Part shown: positions 46,875 through 58,987 of the stretch, in pieces
How positions within the stretch are numbered: the stretch's first letter is position 1
Layout of the letters: every line of letters starts with the position of its first letter
Origin: Heterodontus francisci
Lineage: Eukaryota
Reading direction: 5' to 3'
Assembly (NCBI RefSeq): GCF_036365525.1
Contig: NC_090390.1
Location: 74,712,918 to 74,776,917 of the forward strand
Length of the DNA stretch: 64,000 nucleotides
Made by a program: the position numbers and the translations under genes
Notes under the pieces: model-generated
Database searches by the model: none
What the model was told of the DNA's origin: nothing
The model's input: only the letters and a program-made list of their open reading frames with translations

Positions 46875-48595
46875 GTGGGCTATGGCTCAGTGGGTAGCAG
46901 TATTGCCTCAGGGTAAACAGATTGTGGGTTCAAGTCCCACTGATGAGAACAGGAGGAGGCCATTCAGCCCCTTGAGCCTGTTCTGACATTCAATTAGATC
47001 ATGGCTGATCTGTATCTTGGAGTCATACCAAGCACAAAGGAAGATGGTTGTGGTTGTTGGCGATCAATCATCTCAGCCCCAGGACATCGCTGCAGGAGTT
47101 CCTCATGGTAGTGTCCTCGGCCGAACCATCTTCATCTGCTTCATCAATGGTCTTCCCTCCAAAATAAGGTCAGAAGTGGGGATGTTTGAAGATTGTACAG
47201 TGTTCAGTACCATTCGCAACTCCTCAGATACTGAAGCTGTCGATGTCCACATGCAGCAAGACCTGGACAATGTTCAGGCTTGGGCTGATAAGTGGCAAGT
47301 GACATTTGTGCCACACAAGTGCCAGGCAATGAACATCTCCAACAAGAGAGAATCTAACCATCTCACCTGGACATTAAACTGCGTTACCATCACTGATTCC
47401 CCCACCATCAACATCCTGGGGTTCACCAATGACCATAAACCGAACTTGGACCAGCCATATAAATACTATGGCTGCAAGAGCAGATCAGAGGCTGGAGATT
47501 ATGCGGCAATTAACTCACCTCCAGACTCCCCAAAGCCTTTCCACCATACACAAGGCACTAGTCAGGAGTGTGATAGACTAATCACCACTTGTCTGGATGG
47601 GTGCAGCTCGACACCATCCAAGACAAAGCAGTCCGCTTGATCGGCACCCCATCCACAACCTTCAACATTCGCTCTCTCCACCACCAGGGCACAGTGGCAG
47701 CAGTCTGTACCATATACAAGATGCACTGCAGTAACGCACCCAGCCTCCTTCGACAGCACCTTCCAAACCTGTGACCTCTACCACCCAGAAGGACAAGGGC
47801 AGCAGATGCACGGTACACCACCACCTGCAAGTTTCCTCCCAAGCCACACACCATCCTGACTTGGACCTATACTGCCGTTCCTTCACTGCTGCTGGGTCAA
47901 AATCCTGGAACTCCCTCCCTAACAGTTCCATGGATATACCGACAACATATGGACTGCAGCAGTTCAAGAAAGTGGCTCACCACCACCTTCTCAAGGGTGA
48001 TTTGGGATGGACAATAAATGCTAGCCTTGTCAGCAATGCCCACATCCCATGAACAAATTTAAAAAAGAAACTGAATTGGCAATTTGGTCCTGTAACCCTT
48101 AAACACCCTTATCTAACAAAAATCTGTCAACATTAGTTTTGAAATTTTCAATTGACCTCCCAGCCTCCACAGCTTTTTGGGAAAGAGTAAATCAAGTTTC
48201 CATTACCCTTTGTGTGAAGAAATGCTTCCTGATATCACCCCGATCGGCTTTGCTCTAAATTTAAGGTTACGCTCTCCGCTCCCTTGTTCTGGACTTGGCC
48301 ATCATAATTTCTCTCTCGCTACCCTATCAAATCCTTTAATCAGCTTCAACGCTTCAATTGGGTCCCCTATTAATCTTCTACATTCAAGTGAATATAAGCC
48401 TAGTCTTTGCAACCTGTCTTCACAATTTAACTCCATTAGCCCTGATATGACTCGAGACCTGTTCCACCATTCAACTTGGAAACTACTCACTGCCACACTC
48501 CAGTGTATTTCTGAGGGAGTGCTGCACTGTTGGAAGTGCCATCTTTTGGATGGCACATTAAAACAGGTGGACACAGAGGATCCCGTAAAAGATTT
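46875..48595. mobile_element. Nested set: DeuSINE (head 46875-46942, body 48490-48595) interrupted by a minus-strand CR1 (46945-47016 and 48085-48450)
   Basis: Head ggctcagtgggtagc...gggttcaagtcccact resumes as cactccagtgtatttctgagggagtgctgcactg; ORF 48302-48688 ends RLQRLGLYSLECRRLIGDPIEALKLIKGFDRV (CR1). Confidence 0.65.
47017..48066 (+). mobile_element. CR1/L2-group LINE RT and 3' fragment
   Basis: ORF 47017-47640 QRKMVVVVGDQSS...AGVPHGSVLG...WADKWQVTF; matches 44310-45346. Confidence 0.9.
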
Positions 48596-48607
48596 CACAT
48601 CATTGAC

Positions 48608-49580
48608 TGTTGTGGCGGACTGATAGGAGTGGTTTCCCTTTTCACCTCTTAATGGACCGCAGACAGTGTTTTTATTAGTTTTTTTCAACCCTTGAGCTTT
48701 TTAATTATCATAAACAGACAAATGACAGGTTTTCCTTATAGGTTTAAAGAATGATAAATATTCATTGAAGAAAACCCGAAAATTCGCACTTTACTCACAC
48801 ACATGAGAAAAGATAGAGATTAAAAGATAACATGCATTTAGATCTGTTTTTTTTTTAAACAGTTTGTTGTGAAACCTTGTTTGTTTTCCCAGAGGAAAAT
48901 TTAAACGGTACAGGCCTGTTCTTGCTTTTCTCCTGGTTCATTGGAGTCAAGCGTTGGAGAGTTTCAGGTGCACAGATGCTTGGCTGTAGACTTCTTTGGT
49001 TAAATCTCAGTTACAGTCCATTGACAAAGATCTGTTTTCAATCTCTCAGATGGAGACTTTTTTGTCTCTGTCTCGATGTTTTTTTTAAAAGACAGTATTT
49101 GGCAGGGTTGTCTTCTTGGCTGGAATAGATCTCTCTCAGTCTCCTGGCTGCTGATTTTCCTGTCTCTGCTCCGGCTTTCTGCACAGAAAAGTCTCTTTTT
49201 AAAACACTTCATCAGGCTTGTTTTCTGTCAGGTGCCCAAAGTTGTTCTTCCCCGGCATTTGTCTCTGAATGTGTGGCCATTGTTAAGACAATGGTGTTTG
49301 AATGTTGTTCATCTTGATAAAGTGGTGTTGCGTGCTTGCTTTTAACAGCGATGATTCTTTAAGATTTTAGTATGCTAATGAGCCAAGTACAAGGATGCAG
49401 TCATGTGACTACATGCCAGTCTCACTCGGTAACTGTAACACCAAGAGGCAAGTCATGAAAATAGTTAGCACTACACTATGTATACTTGTAAGCTGTAATA
49501 AACTGGAACTCCACGCATCTCATTTATGTTGCATCAGACAACATTAAAAAGCTTCTCATTACAAGTGGTGTTTGGTCACA
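48608..49580 (-). mobile_element. Probable solo LTR (reverse orientation)
   Basis: Reverse-complement end ...aataaaaacactgtctgcggtcc...ccgccacaaca resembles the 3' end of 49594-50651; candidate other terminus TGTGACC at 49580; no convincing TSD. Confidence 0.45.
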
Positions 49581-49593
49581 TCTACTATCCTTG

Positions 49594-50651
49594 TGTCAAG
49601 AAAATCTTATGTGCCAAATGAGAAATATTAATTTCTTAGGTTAGAAACTTGCATTAGAAGGTAATGGAAATAAAATCCTACAGTAACTTTTACAAAACGA
49701 GCAGCCAATATGGCCACTGCAATTAACATCTGAAATACCAGGAGATTGAACTGGAGACAAAAAGTCTAACAAGAAGCCCATCCAGGACAATGGCTTGCTC
49801 TAAGTGATTGAATTACCTAAAATGGCTTCATTAGCATGACAGTCAAGGCAATCCTCAAATATTGACTTTGAAAGAGCAAACCCCTTCCAAGTGTAAATTG
49901 ACATCCCGGGGCATGTGAAACATTGCATTTCATTAGAAGGTTCCAGAAAAACCTGAAGCAACTAGATTACCATCTGTCCATCTCGGGGGAGTTGTTACAC
50001 AAAGAGACAAGCAGTAACTGAGTGTGCAGCAGCAGAGAAGGCTGCAGGCCTCCCTTTCTCTCTCTCCCTCTCTCTCTTTCTCTCCAGAAAACATCAAGTT
50101 TGAAAACTGTCTGCGACTGGGGGACCCTTCAAGCCTATAGACTGCTACAGCCAGCAACCAGGGGAAGAGAGCCAAATACAATTCTGCCTTCAGGGAAACA
50201 CTGAGCAAAGCAAGCCCGCCGAAATGCACTTTGACCAGCAAGGGCTTCAAGAATATAGTTTCAGCCGAGGATTACTGGATCACCTACTTCACAGACTGTG
50301 CACTTAAGTTCCATTTATTCTGGACTTTAATCCAACCACCAAATTTATTTTTCCCTCTGTCATCTATTTGTGTGTGTGTGATTTTCATGTGAATGTGTGC
50401 GTGAATGTGTAATGTATATTTTTAGCATTTTAAAATCGGGATTAGAGTGTTAAACATAATAAACTTACCTCTTTCTTGTTTAAACTCAAGAAAACCTGTC
50501 CGATTGGTTCCTTCACAATCACAGCAAAGGTAAATCACTCACAGAAGTGGTAAGCACAACAACTGTTTAAAAAGGAATAAACCCTGTTGCGGTCAAACAA
50601 GAGGAAGGGCAAGAGGGGAGCTTGAGACCTCCTCCTCATCTGGCCGTAACA
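49594..50651 (+). mobile_element. Solo LTR, 1058 bp
   Basis: TGTCA...TAACA termini, AATAAA at ~50458 and ~50576, flanks CCTTG (49589-49593) / CCCTG (50652-50656). Confidence 0.7.
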
Positions 50652-50676
50652 CCCTGAGTTTGGGTCTGGAGACTCT

Positions 50677-51750
50677 GGGCTGGATTTTGTGTAGAAGGTG
50701 GGGCTCCTGGCACAGAGCCGAAAAGGCGGAGTGACCCCATCTTGGCCTTTTCCTGCCCCCCCCAAGGAGCGTTCCTCTCAGCTTTTTATATCAAAGTTTC
50801 ATGATCCAGGATCCCCGTCCCTGGAAAGACAGAGATCCCTCCTCCAAGAGCTGCCAGCCAATCAGATGGCCTGCAGCTCAGCAGTATCGGCAGTGCTAAC
50901 GGGAGCGCTGGCCACTACTGGTATTGCAGAGGCCTTGGACCCAGGCCCAGTGCTGGAACCCTGGACCAGAGGTAGGTGAGGCTCCAGCAAGGGTGCACAA
51001 GGGGATGATCATGCAGTCCAGGGGGAGGGTGTCCCACGGGGTGAGGTGGTTCCTGGCAGGGATCTTCCATGGTCCACAGATTGCCCAGAAATAAGGGAAC
51101 CCTGTCCCACAAGCCCGCAGGGAGGTTGCCTCGTTTTTACAAGGCGCAATCCCCCCTCCCTCCACACTGCTGTAATGATCCCAAAGGTGGCACGAACATA
51201 CAAACATACAAATTAGGAGCAGGAGTAGGCCACTCGGCCCTTCAAGCTTGCTCCGCCATTCAATAAGCTCATGGCTGAACTAATTACGCCACATTTCCAC
51301 CCACTCCGATAACTTTTCACCCCCCTGCTTGTCAAGAATCTATCTACCTTTGCCTTAAAAATATTCAAAGACTCTGCTTCCACCACCTTTTGAGGAAGAG
51401 AATTCCAAAGACTCACGACCCTCAGAGAAAATAATTTCTCCTCATCTCTGGTTTAAATGGGCGACCCCTTATTTTTAAACAGTGACCCCTAGTTCTAGAT
51501 TCTCCCACAAAGGGAAACATCCTTTCCACATCCTCCCTGTCAAGACCCCTCAGCATCTTATATGAATAGGCCACTTAAGGGCCTCAACTGGCCTCTGGCT
51601 GGGAAGGCTGTCCTTGGCCTATCCAGGCCCAGTTAGATCACTTGGCGAAGGGGAGGTGATGGACCCTCTGCTCCCCCCCCCCCCCCACCACCCACCTGTC
51701 ACCCATCGCGATTCTCCGTGCCCCCACACCTCCGACCCCGGCTCGGTCAC
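50677..51750. mobile_element. GC-rich TIR element (homolog of 9902-10543), interrupted by CR1
   Basis: Starts GGGCTGGATTTTGTGT; shares gaggccttggacccaggcccagtgctggaacc and cacttaagggcctcaactggcctctgg with the 9902 copy. Confidence 0.7.
51193..51562 (-). mobile_element. CR1 LINE 3' fragment
   Basis: ORF 51213-51416 SLWNSLPQKVVEAESLNIFKAKVDRFL; tandem ACATACAA-type tail. Confidence 0.85.
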
Positions 51751-52289
51751 TGTTAGTCCAACATTAATATTGAATTTGACCATTAGCATTTCTCATCCTT
51801 TCCTCAAGGCTGGTCCAGGCATGATGGTGGGTTCAGTCTTCAGCAGTCACTATGTATATTTGCAGTACAGGAGAAGTCACCTGACATCTTACTCCATTTT
51901 GTCTGTTAGCAAAGGTGTGTCCATTTTTTGGGAGGTTAATTCATCAGTTCATTTTTTTATAGTTCATAATTACTCCTTGCATGTAAAGCCCTGCTGGATG
52001 TCCCAAGTTCATGAAAGATGTTTTGTAAATACAGGTTTTCTTTCTTCTATTTTATATTCAAACAATGTACGGCCCAGATAACTCTGTTGGCAAGGACACT
52101 GTCTAGTGCAGAATTGAACCATACAAAATAGGAAAAGCACTGGTTCAATCCCCAATCCATTCTGAGTTACTGCTACCAGGTGATTGCTACAGTTGGCTGA
52201 AGAATTCTAGGCTAGGGAATGAACAAAAAAAAAAACAGGTTCCCTACTCTTGATGGTTATCTTACTGCATCCTTTGGGCAAATGATTTA

Positions 52290-52680
52290 AATCACATTGA
52301 CATTTTGCTTTTCATGATCTCTGAATGCCCCAAAGGCTTTACAGCTAATGAAGTGCTCATTCGCTCTTGTTATGTAGGGGAATGCAGCACCCAAATTGCA
52401 AACAGCAAGATCCCACAAGCAGCAATGAAACAAGTGACCAGATAATCTGTTTTAGTGATGTTGTCCGATGTTGGTTGGTACATCAGAAACTTCACTGATC
52501 TTTGAGTAGTGCCATGGGATCTTTTAAGTCCACTTGAAAGAACAGACAGGGCCTTGGTTTAATGCCTCATCTGAAAGATTCCCTCAGTACTGTAATAAAG
52601 TGTCAGCCTAGACTCAAGTCTCTGTAGGGGGACTTGAACCCATGATCTTCTAATTCAATGGCGAGAATGCTACCACAACT
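52290..52680 (-). mobile_element. DeuSINE
   Basis: Reverse-complement match to 27830-28280. Confidence 0.75.
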
Positions 52681-53179
52681 AACTAGCATAAGCTCAGAGA
52701 CAAACATATCACTCACAATCTTTTGAATGTATACTGAAAAAAAGATTATGAGACAGGTTTGGGTTTTTCTGCACTGCTTGAAAGGGTATTGGAGGCAGCT
52801 TTAATAATAAATATTGGCAGGGCTTTGGGGAAAAGGCAGGTGAGTGGGAATCATGGAAAAACTCTTTCAAACAGCCGGCTCAGATGGGAAAAAGGGTCTC
52901 TTTCTGTGCTGTATCATTCTATTCTCTAACCTATCTCTTGTACCGACAAATGCAAAATACTGTGGATTCTGAAAATCTGAAACAAAGACTGAAAGAAACT
53001 AGAAGCACTGAGCAACTGTGCAACAGGATTCAGGCAACAAAGATTTGGATGAGTTGCAGTGTGAGGAGGCTGAAAGATGGGAGGCTTTAGCTGCACAAAA
53101 TAATTCTAATTTTAGTTATGACTGATTTTTATAATGTTATTTTTGTCATTATTTAGTTTTACTTATCAGAAAGTGAGTG

Positions 53180-54030
53180 TCAGTATGGTCCCATTGGTGG
53201 CCGCATCCCCTCCAGGCCGAAGCTTGTGGGTTCAAGTCCCAGTTCAGACCTTGAGCGAACAAGCAAGCTAAGCTAACACTCCAGGACATACTGAGGTTAG
53301 CCGTGGCTCAGTTGGTAGCACTCTTACATCTGAGTCAGAATGGATTGTGGAATGGGACTTGAGCACAAAAGTCTAGACTGACACTCCAGTGCAGTGCTGA
53401 GAGTGTTACATTGTTGGAGGTGCAGTCTTTTCGATGAAATGTTAAACCGAGGACCCATCTGACCTCTCAGGTGGCAAAAAAGATCCCATTTCAAAGAAGA
53501 ACAGGGGAGTTATCCATGGGGTCCTGGCCAATATTTATCCCTCAATCAACATCACAAAAACAGATTATCTGGTCAGTATCACATTGCCGTTTGTGGGAGC
53601 TTGCTGTGCACAAACTGGCTGCTGCATTTCCCACTTCAATAGTATTTCATTGACTTTAAAGCACTTTGAGACGTCTGATGGTCATGAAAGTTGTTATGTA
53701 AATGCAAGTCTTTCTTCTTTCTTTGAGGGACTGCAAAACTGTCAGAGGTGCTGTCCATCAGATGTGATGTTAAAACAAAGCCCTGCCTGCCTGCTCTAAA
53801 TTATGTAGTTGGATATTAAGATCCCCAATGCACTAATTGAAGGATTTCCCCAGTGGTATGGGTAACATTCCTCCTTCACTAAAAACAGCTTAACCTCTTC
53901 AACCAACTTGCTCTTCTTGCATGGGATAATGTTACGTGCAACCTCATAGTTACTTCAAGTACTTCATTGCCTATCAAACATTTTGAGCTGTTTTCTGAGA
54001 GATATAAAAAGTGATGTATAATCCATTCTA
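53180..54030 (+). mobile_element. DeuSINE (53298-53722) inserted into an older DeuSINE (53180-53297 and 53723-54030)
   Basis: The older head ends ...catactgagg and resumes tgagggactgcaaaactgtcagaggtgctg after a complete younger copy. Confidence 0.7.
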
Positions 54031-54724
54031 TTTTAGTTATGTTAATAAAATCCACTTTTGTCTCAGTCTGCAGCTTCCTCACACAACCATTGTGTCGATA
54101 ACACAGTGTAGCCTTACATGCGAACAAATATCAATAAAATCTTACTCGAAATCGAGATGTTAACCTTATGCGGTCATATATAATCATAAACTATTCCAGA
54201 TTCCTTTCTACCAATTAGCCAGTAAATGTCAAGAGCCCAATTGATACTCTTCTGCATCATTTACAATCCTACAAACACAATTTGCCAGCTTTTTTGTACA
54301 CTGTAGGAGCTTTCGAGACACAATAAATTGTTACAAAAAGATTAATTGGAGAGATTTCATTGTGCATTTGATTGCACAGGCCCAATATTAAGGCAGTCAC
54401 TAACCAATAACATTAATAAGAGGTTAGAGCAGTGTTAATCACTAACCTTTTCTTCAGGACCTAGATCCAAAAGCAATATTCTGTTCAAGAATGCTGCAAC
54501 ATCTACACAATGAAATGCTGGAACAAGAGTCCACAGCAGTTGTTGGTCACATGCTGAACTCCATTCGTACTTTGAAAATGCTGGATAGAAAAGGGACTAC
54601 TATTCCATCCAGCCTGTCCCATACATTGTGACACCATACACATTATTACTCTAATTTTAATTCATGCCAGAATGGATTGTGGTCTAGTTGAAGTCAGACA
54701 CTTCTCCAGAGAGAGAGAATTACA

Positions 54725-55520
54725 CAGATGTTGTAACATGGAAACAAGCCATTCGGCCCAACCAGTCTGTACAACATTTCTAATCACATTTACCTCTCCT
54801 GTGCCCATCTCTCTTCATTCCCCCATCCAGTCTAATCTTGACTGTTTTGGTTTCTATGTCAACTATTAATCCTGGAGAGTATCGACAGCCTCACCACTCT
54901 CTGTGTAAAGAAGTTCTTCCTTCCCTCTGCTCTAAATGTCTTATGTTTAATCTTACATGGCACATCACTCTTGACCCTTCAAATATTGGGAAGAGTCTGA
55001 TTCTACCAGCTCTGACCCATCATAGGAACATTAGGAACAAGACTACACCATTCAGCAACTCAAGCCTAATCTGTCATTCAATTAGATCATGCCTGATCTA
55101 TACCTACACTCCATTTACCCACCTTTGCTCCATATCTCTTGATACTCTTATCCAACAAAAATCTATTCATCTCAGTTTTGAAAGCTCCAATTGATCCAGC
55201 ATCCACTGCTGTTTTGGGGAGAGAGTTCCAGATTTCTACTAACCTTTGTGTGAAGTGTTTCCTGATTTTGCTTCTAAATGGCTTGGTTTTAACTGCAAGA
55301 TTATGTCCCCTTGTTCTTAATTCCCTCATCAGAGATAATAGTCTCCTCTCTCAGCTATCAAATCCTTTTTAACATTTTAAACCCTCAATCAAATCAGCTC
55401 TCAATTTTCTATACTCAGGGGAACCCAAGTCAAGTTTATACAACCTGTCCTCATACTTTAACCCTCTAAACCCAGTATTGTTCTGGTGAATCAGTGCTGC
55501 ATCCTCTCCAAGGTCAACCC
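54725..55520 (-). mobile_element. Two CR1 3' fragments
   Basis: ORF 55087-55329 RTRGHNLAVKTKPFRSKIRKHFTQRLVEIWNSLP. Confidence 0.75.
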
Positions 55521-55890
55521 TTCCATCCTTTTATCATTTTTTTTGATTCATTTCATGGGACGTGGGCATTGCTGGCAAGGCCAGCATTTGTTGCCCATCC
55601 CTAATTGCCCTTGAGAAGGTGGTGGTGAGCCGCCTTCTTGAACCTTGGGGTGTAGGTACATCGACAGTGCTGTTAGGAAGGGAGTTCCAGGATTTTGATC
55701 CAGTGACAGTGAAGGAATGGCGATATAGTTCCAAGTCAGGATGGTGTGCGACTTGGAGGGGAACTTGCAGGTGGTGGTGTTCTCATGCGCCTGCTTTCCT
55801 TGTCCTTCTAGGTAGAAGAGGTTGCGGGTTTGGAAGGCGCTGTCGAAGGAAGCGTGGAGAGTTGCTGCAATGCATCTTGTAGATGGTACA

Positions 55891-56042
55891 TAATAATAAA
55901 TAAAAGCGAAATATTGCAGATGCCAAAAAGCTGAAATAAAATCAGAAAGTTCTGGAAATACTCAGCATGTCTGGCAGCATCAATGTTGAGAGAAACAGAG
56001 TTAACGTTTCAGGTCTGTGACCTTTCATCAGAACTCATTGAT
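55891..56042 (-). mobile_element. Penelope-like short element inserted in the LINE
   Basis: Flanked by ATGGTACA (55883-55890, 56043-56050); same family as 8392-8529. Confidence 0.8.
55999..56035 (-). ncRNA. Minimal type I hammerhead ribozyme motif, intact core
   Basis: Reverse complement AGTT-CTGATGA-A-AGGTC-ACA-GACCT-GAAACGT-T-AACT: stem I AGTT/AACT, perfect 5-bp stem II, palindromic ACGT stem III, GTT triplet. Confidence 0.72.
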
Positions 56043-57929
56043 ATGGTACACAATGTGTGTTGGGGGTGGAGGGAGTGAATGTTTAATGTGGTGGATAGGG
56101 TGCTGAGCAAGTGGGCTGCTTTGTCCTGTGTGTTGTTAGAGCTGCACTCATCCAGGCAAGTAGAGAATATTCCATCACACTCCTGACTTGTGCCTTGTAG
56201 ATTGTGGACAGGCTTTGGGGAGTCAGGAGGTGGAGTACTCACCATAGAATTCCCAGCCTCTGACCTGCTCTTGTAGCCACAGTACTTGTGTGTCTGCTCC
56301 AGGTCAGTTTCTGATCAATGGTAACCCCAGGATGTTGATAGTTGGAGATTCGGCAACGATAACACCATTGAATGTCAAGGGGAGATGGTTCGATTCTCTC
56401 TTGTTGGAGATCGTCATTGCCTGGCACTTGTGTAGCATTAATGTTACTTGCCACTTATCAGCCCAAGCCTGAATGTTGTCCAGGTCTTCCTGCTTATGGA
56501 CACGGACTGCTTCAGTACCTGAGGAGTCACGAATGATACTGAACATTGTGCAATCATCAGCAAACATCCCCACTTCTGACCTTATGATGGTGGGAAGGTC
56601 ATTGATGAAGCAGCTGAAGATGGTTGGGCCTAGGACACTACTCTGATGAACTCCTGCAGTGATGTCCTGGAGCTGAGATGATTTGCCTCCAACAATCACA
56701 ATCATCTTCCTTTGTGCTAGGTATGACTCCAACAGCGGAGAGTTTGAAATAGTTCAATCATATGGTAATCACATAGTAATCTGCATTGTTGGACAAAACA
56801 ATACCCTAACTGCGGTCTTATTAAGGTTTTAAATAGACTTGTCATTATCTCTTGGCTTTTGCATTCAGTACATCTTGTGATAAAACCTTGAATTGCATTA
56901 GCTTTTTTCCATGCAGCCTCATCAACCCAGAATTCTACCTTTCATACCCTGTGAACCTGTTCCACCAAATCTCCCTGCTCTTTCACTACACCAAGCCCAC
57001 TCCCATCCAAACTATATTTACTGCTGCTACTATTTTTCTTTTTATCAAATTGCATCACCTCATACTGAATTTCATCTGCCACTTGCTCTTGCTATCAAGA
57101 CCAGAACTTCTCTGGTCCTCACCAGAACTTCTTGCTCTTCTGACAACTACTTCGGAGTTTCTGGTGGGAACGGCCAAAGATCTGGCTATGACCGGATGTT
57201 TACGATATTGAGGTTACACTGCAGTTGACTTCACAGATTGATTTTACAGTGATTTTGTATGCACTATGTACCATCTTGATGTATAAAGTAAATATTAGTT
57301 AAGATGATCTTTAATAAAAATGCTATAATGGAATATGTGCTATTTTAGTGACAATGAATTGTCCATTGTAAGAACATAGGAAAAACCTAATTTATGTGAC
57401 AATTCAAGTGCTGTAATGTAGAGACTAGATGTGATAATATACATTATTTAGTAACTAAATCTAAAAAGATTACGGGCCACGTTAAAAGAAAAAGGTAGAC
57501 TGCATACTTATAATTGAAGTGACGCAATGTAATGTTCAACTGTTGCACATTTGGCATGTTTGAGCATTTCTCTTTTAAGATGGCGACAGAGTTTGAATAT
57601 GTTCTTGGTGACTTCCATCCATTTGGCCCTACTAGATATTTTAAAAAAGTAATGTAGAGAACTGCTGTTGCAAAATGTTAAATTCCTGCATTAAACTTTT
57701 TTTTATAAAGTTTTATCCTATCTTTCAGTAGTCCCCTTCCAACTCTTCCCAAAACAGCAGTAATATTTTCCTTTATGTTTAGGACAGGTGGTTAGATATT
57801 TTGTTTAGGTGTTTGAATATTGCGAATTTTTTTTAACTGAGTCATACAGAAGAGAAGGCTAACATCCGATTCTTGGCCTGTTTCGCAATTGGTGTTCTTG
57901 GGATGATGATTGTGGCTTTACAATTACGA

Positions 57930-58200
57930 ATATACAAACAATGACAGACAGGAAACTATCATCTGGTCCATCCAGCCTGTCCCATTTAACTGAAATGCTT
58001 TGTGTATCTCAGTATATACAATCCCCACCCAGACAGAAGCCATGCAATCTCCTGAGAGAGGCAAAGAACCGGGCAAACACCCCCGCCAATTCAGGGGTGA
58101 GAAGAATCTCGGAGATTCTTCTTCTGACCCCTTAGGCAATTGAAACTGGTCTAGGAGAGCACTCTGGCCCTGATTAATTCCATGCAGTAACTACCCTTTG
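57930..58200 (-). mobile_element. Old CR1-type 3' UTR or CR1-tailed SINE fragment
   Basis: Reverse complement ...aggggtcagaagaagaat...tgggacaggctggatggaccagatg; related piece near 54590-54640. Confidence 0.45.
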
Positions 58201-58511
58201 TACAAGGCGATACAGGTCAAGCTCCACTTGAAGGAATTGCCCTCAGCACTTATAAGCCAGGGAGGGCAAAAATCAGCCAGAGTTGATGATCCTGATCTCA
58301 TCAGATCTGGTCCATTCATAAACCACGTATAATCTGCCCTGTCTCAATCATTGCAAGAATTGAAGTTTCTCATTATGCATCTACTGCTGCTGATCAATTG
58401 CGGGAAGGAGAAGCAGAGGGCATGAATCCTGAGACCTCACTCTCCCTATCACAAGAGACATTAGCTATGATTCATCTCACTGGAACACATGATGGTAACA
58501 TGAAAACATGC

Positions 58512-58580
58512 AGCAGGGTGATGCAGCGGAAGCGTGCTGGCCGCATAACCCAGAGACCAATGGATCAAAGCCATTCTCTG
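58512..58580 (+). pseudogene. Initiator tRNA-Met (CAT) pseudogene fused to a CR1 3' tail
   Basis: AGCAGGGTGATGCAGCGGAAGCGTGCTGGCCGCATAACCCAGAGACCAATGGATCAAAGCCATTCTCTG differs at 11 of 69 positions from the vertebrate tRNA-iMet sequence as I recall it; anticodon CAT at 58544-58546; stems disrupted. Confidence 0.85.
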
Positions 58581-58987
58581 GCATGGACTCAATAGGCAGA
58601 ATTGCCTCCTTCTGTGCCGTAATGACCCTAAGATCTCAGAGAAAACAAAGCAGTTGTTGCAACAAAGAACGAGTGGGCAAAGGCTCCACTTGAGGTGGTA
58701 CTCTAAAGGCCAGACAGATTCAGAGGTTTTAATCTCTTTCCTGTGTCCAATGACAACAGGGCTTGGGTTTTGTCATGATGCTCACCATGATCGGTCAGAC
58801 AGCCTGCCAATGCTCGACGTGTACGATCACACATGAAGAATGTTTGACCGTGAAAGGTAGGATTCCATGGGACTGAACACAGCACAAGTAAAATTTTGGA
58901 GTCAAGAGGAGGAAAATATTGGGTGGGGGGAGTGGGCGATGGGACAGAAAAAATGAGTGAAAAATGCAATCTGTTCTTGGCTAGCAA

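Larger units (their letters stand above)
55535..56735 (-). mobile_element. CR1/L2-group LINE RT and 3' fragment
   Basis: ORF 56304-56732 ...SVLGPTIFSCFINDLP...GMFADDCTMF... Confidence 0.9.

Noticed and set aside
58512-58583. Functional tRNA-iMet gene
   Set aside because: Mutations break the D, anticodon and T stems and the B box, the 3' acceptor end is replaced, and no T-run terminator follows
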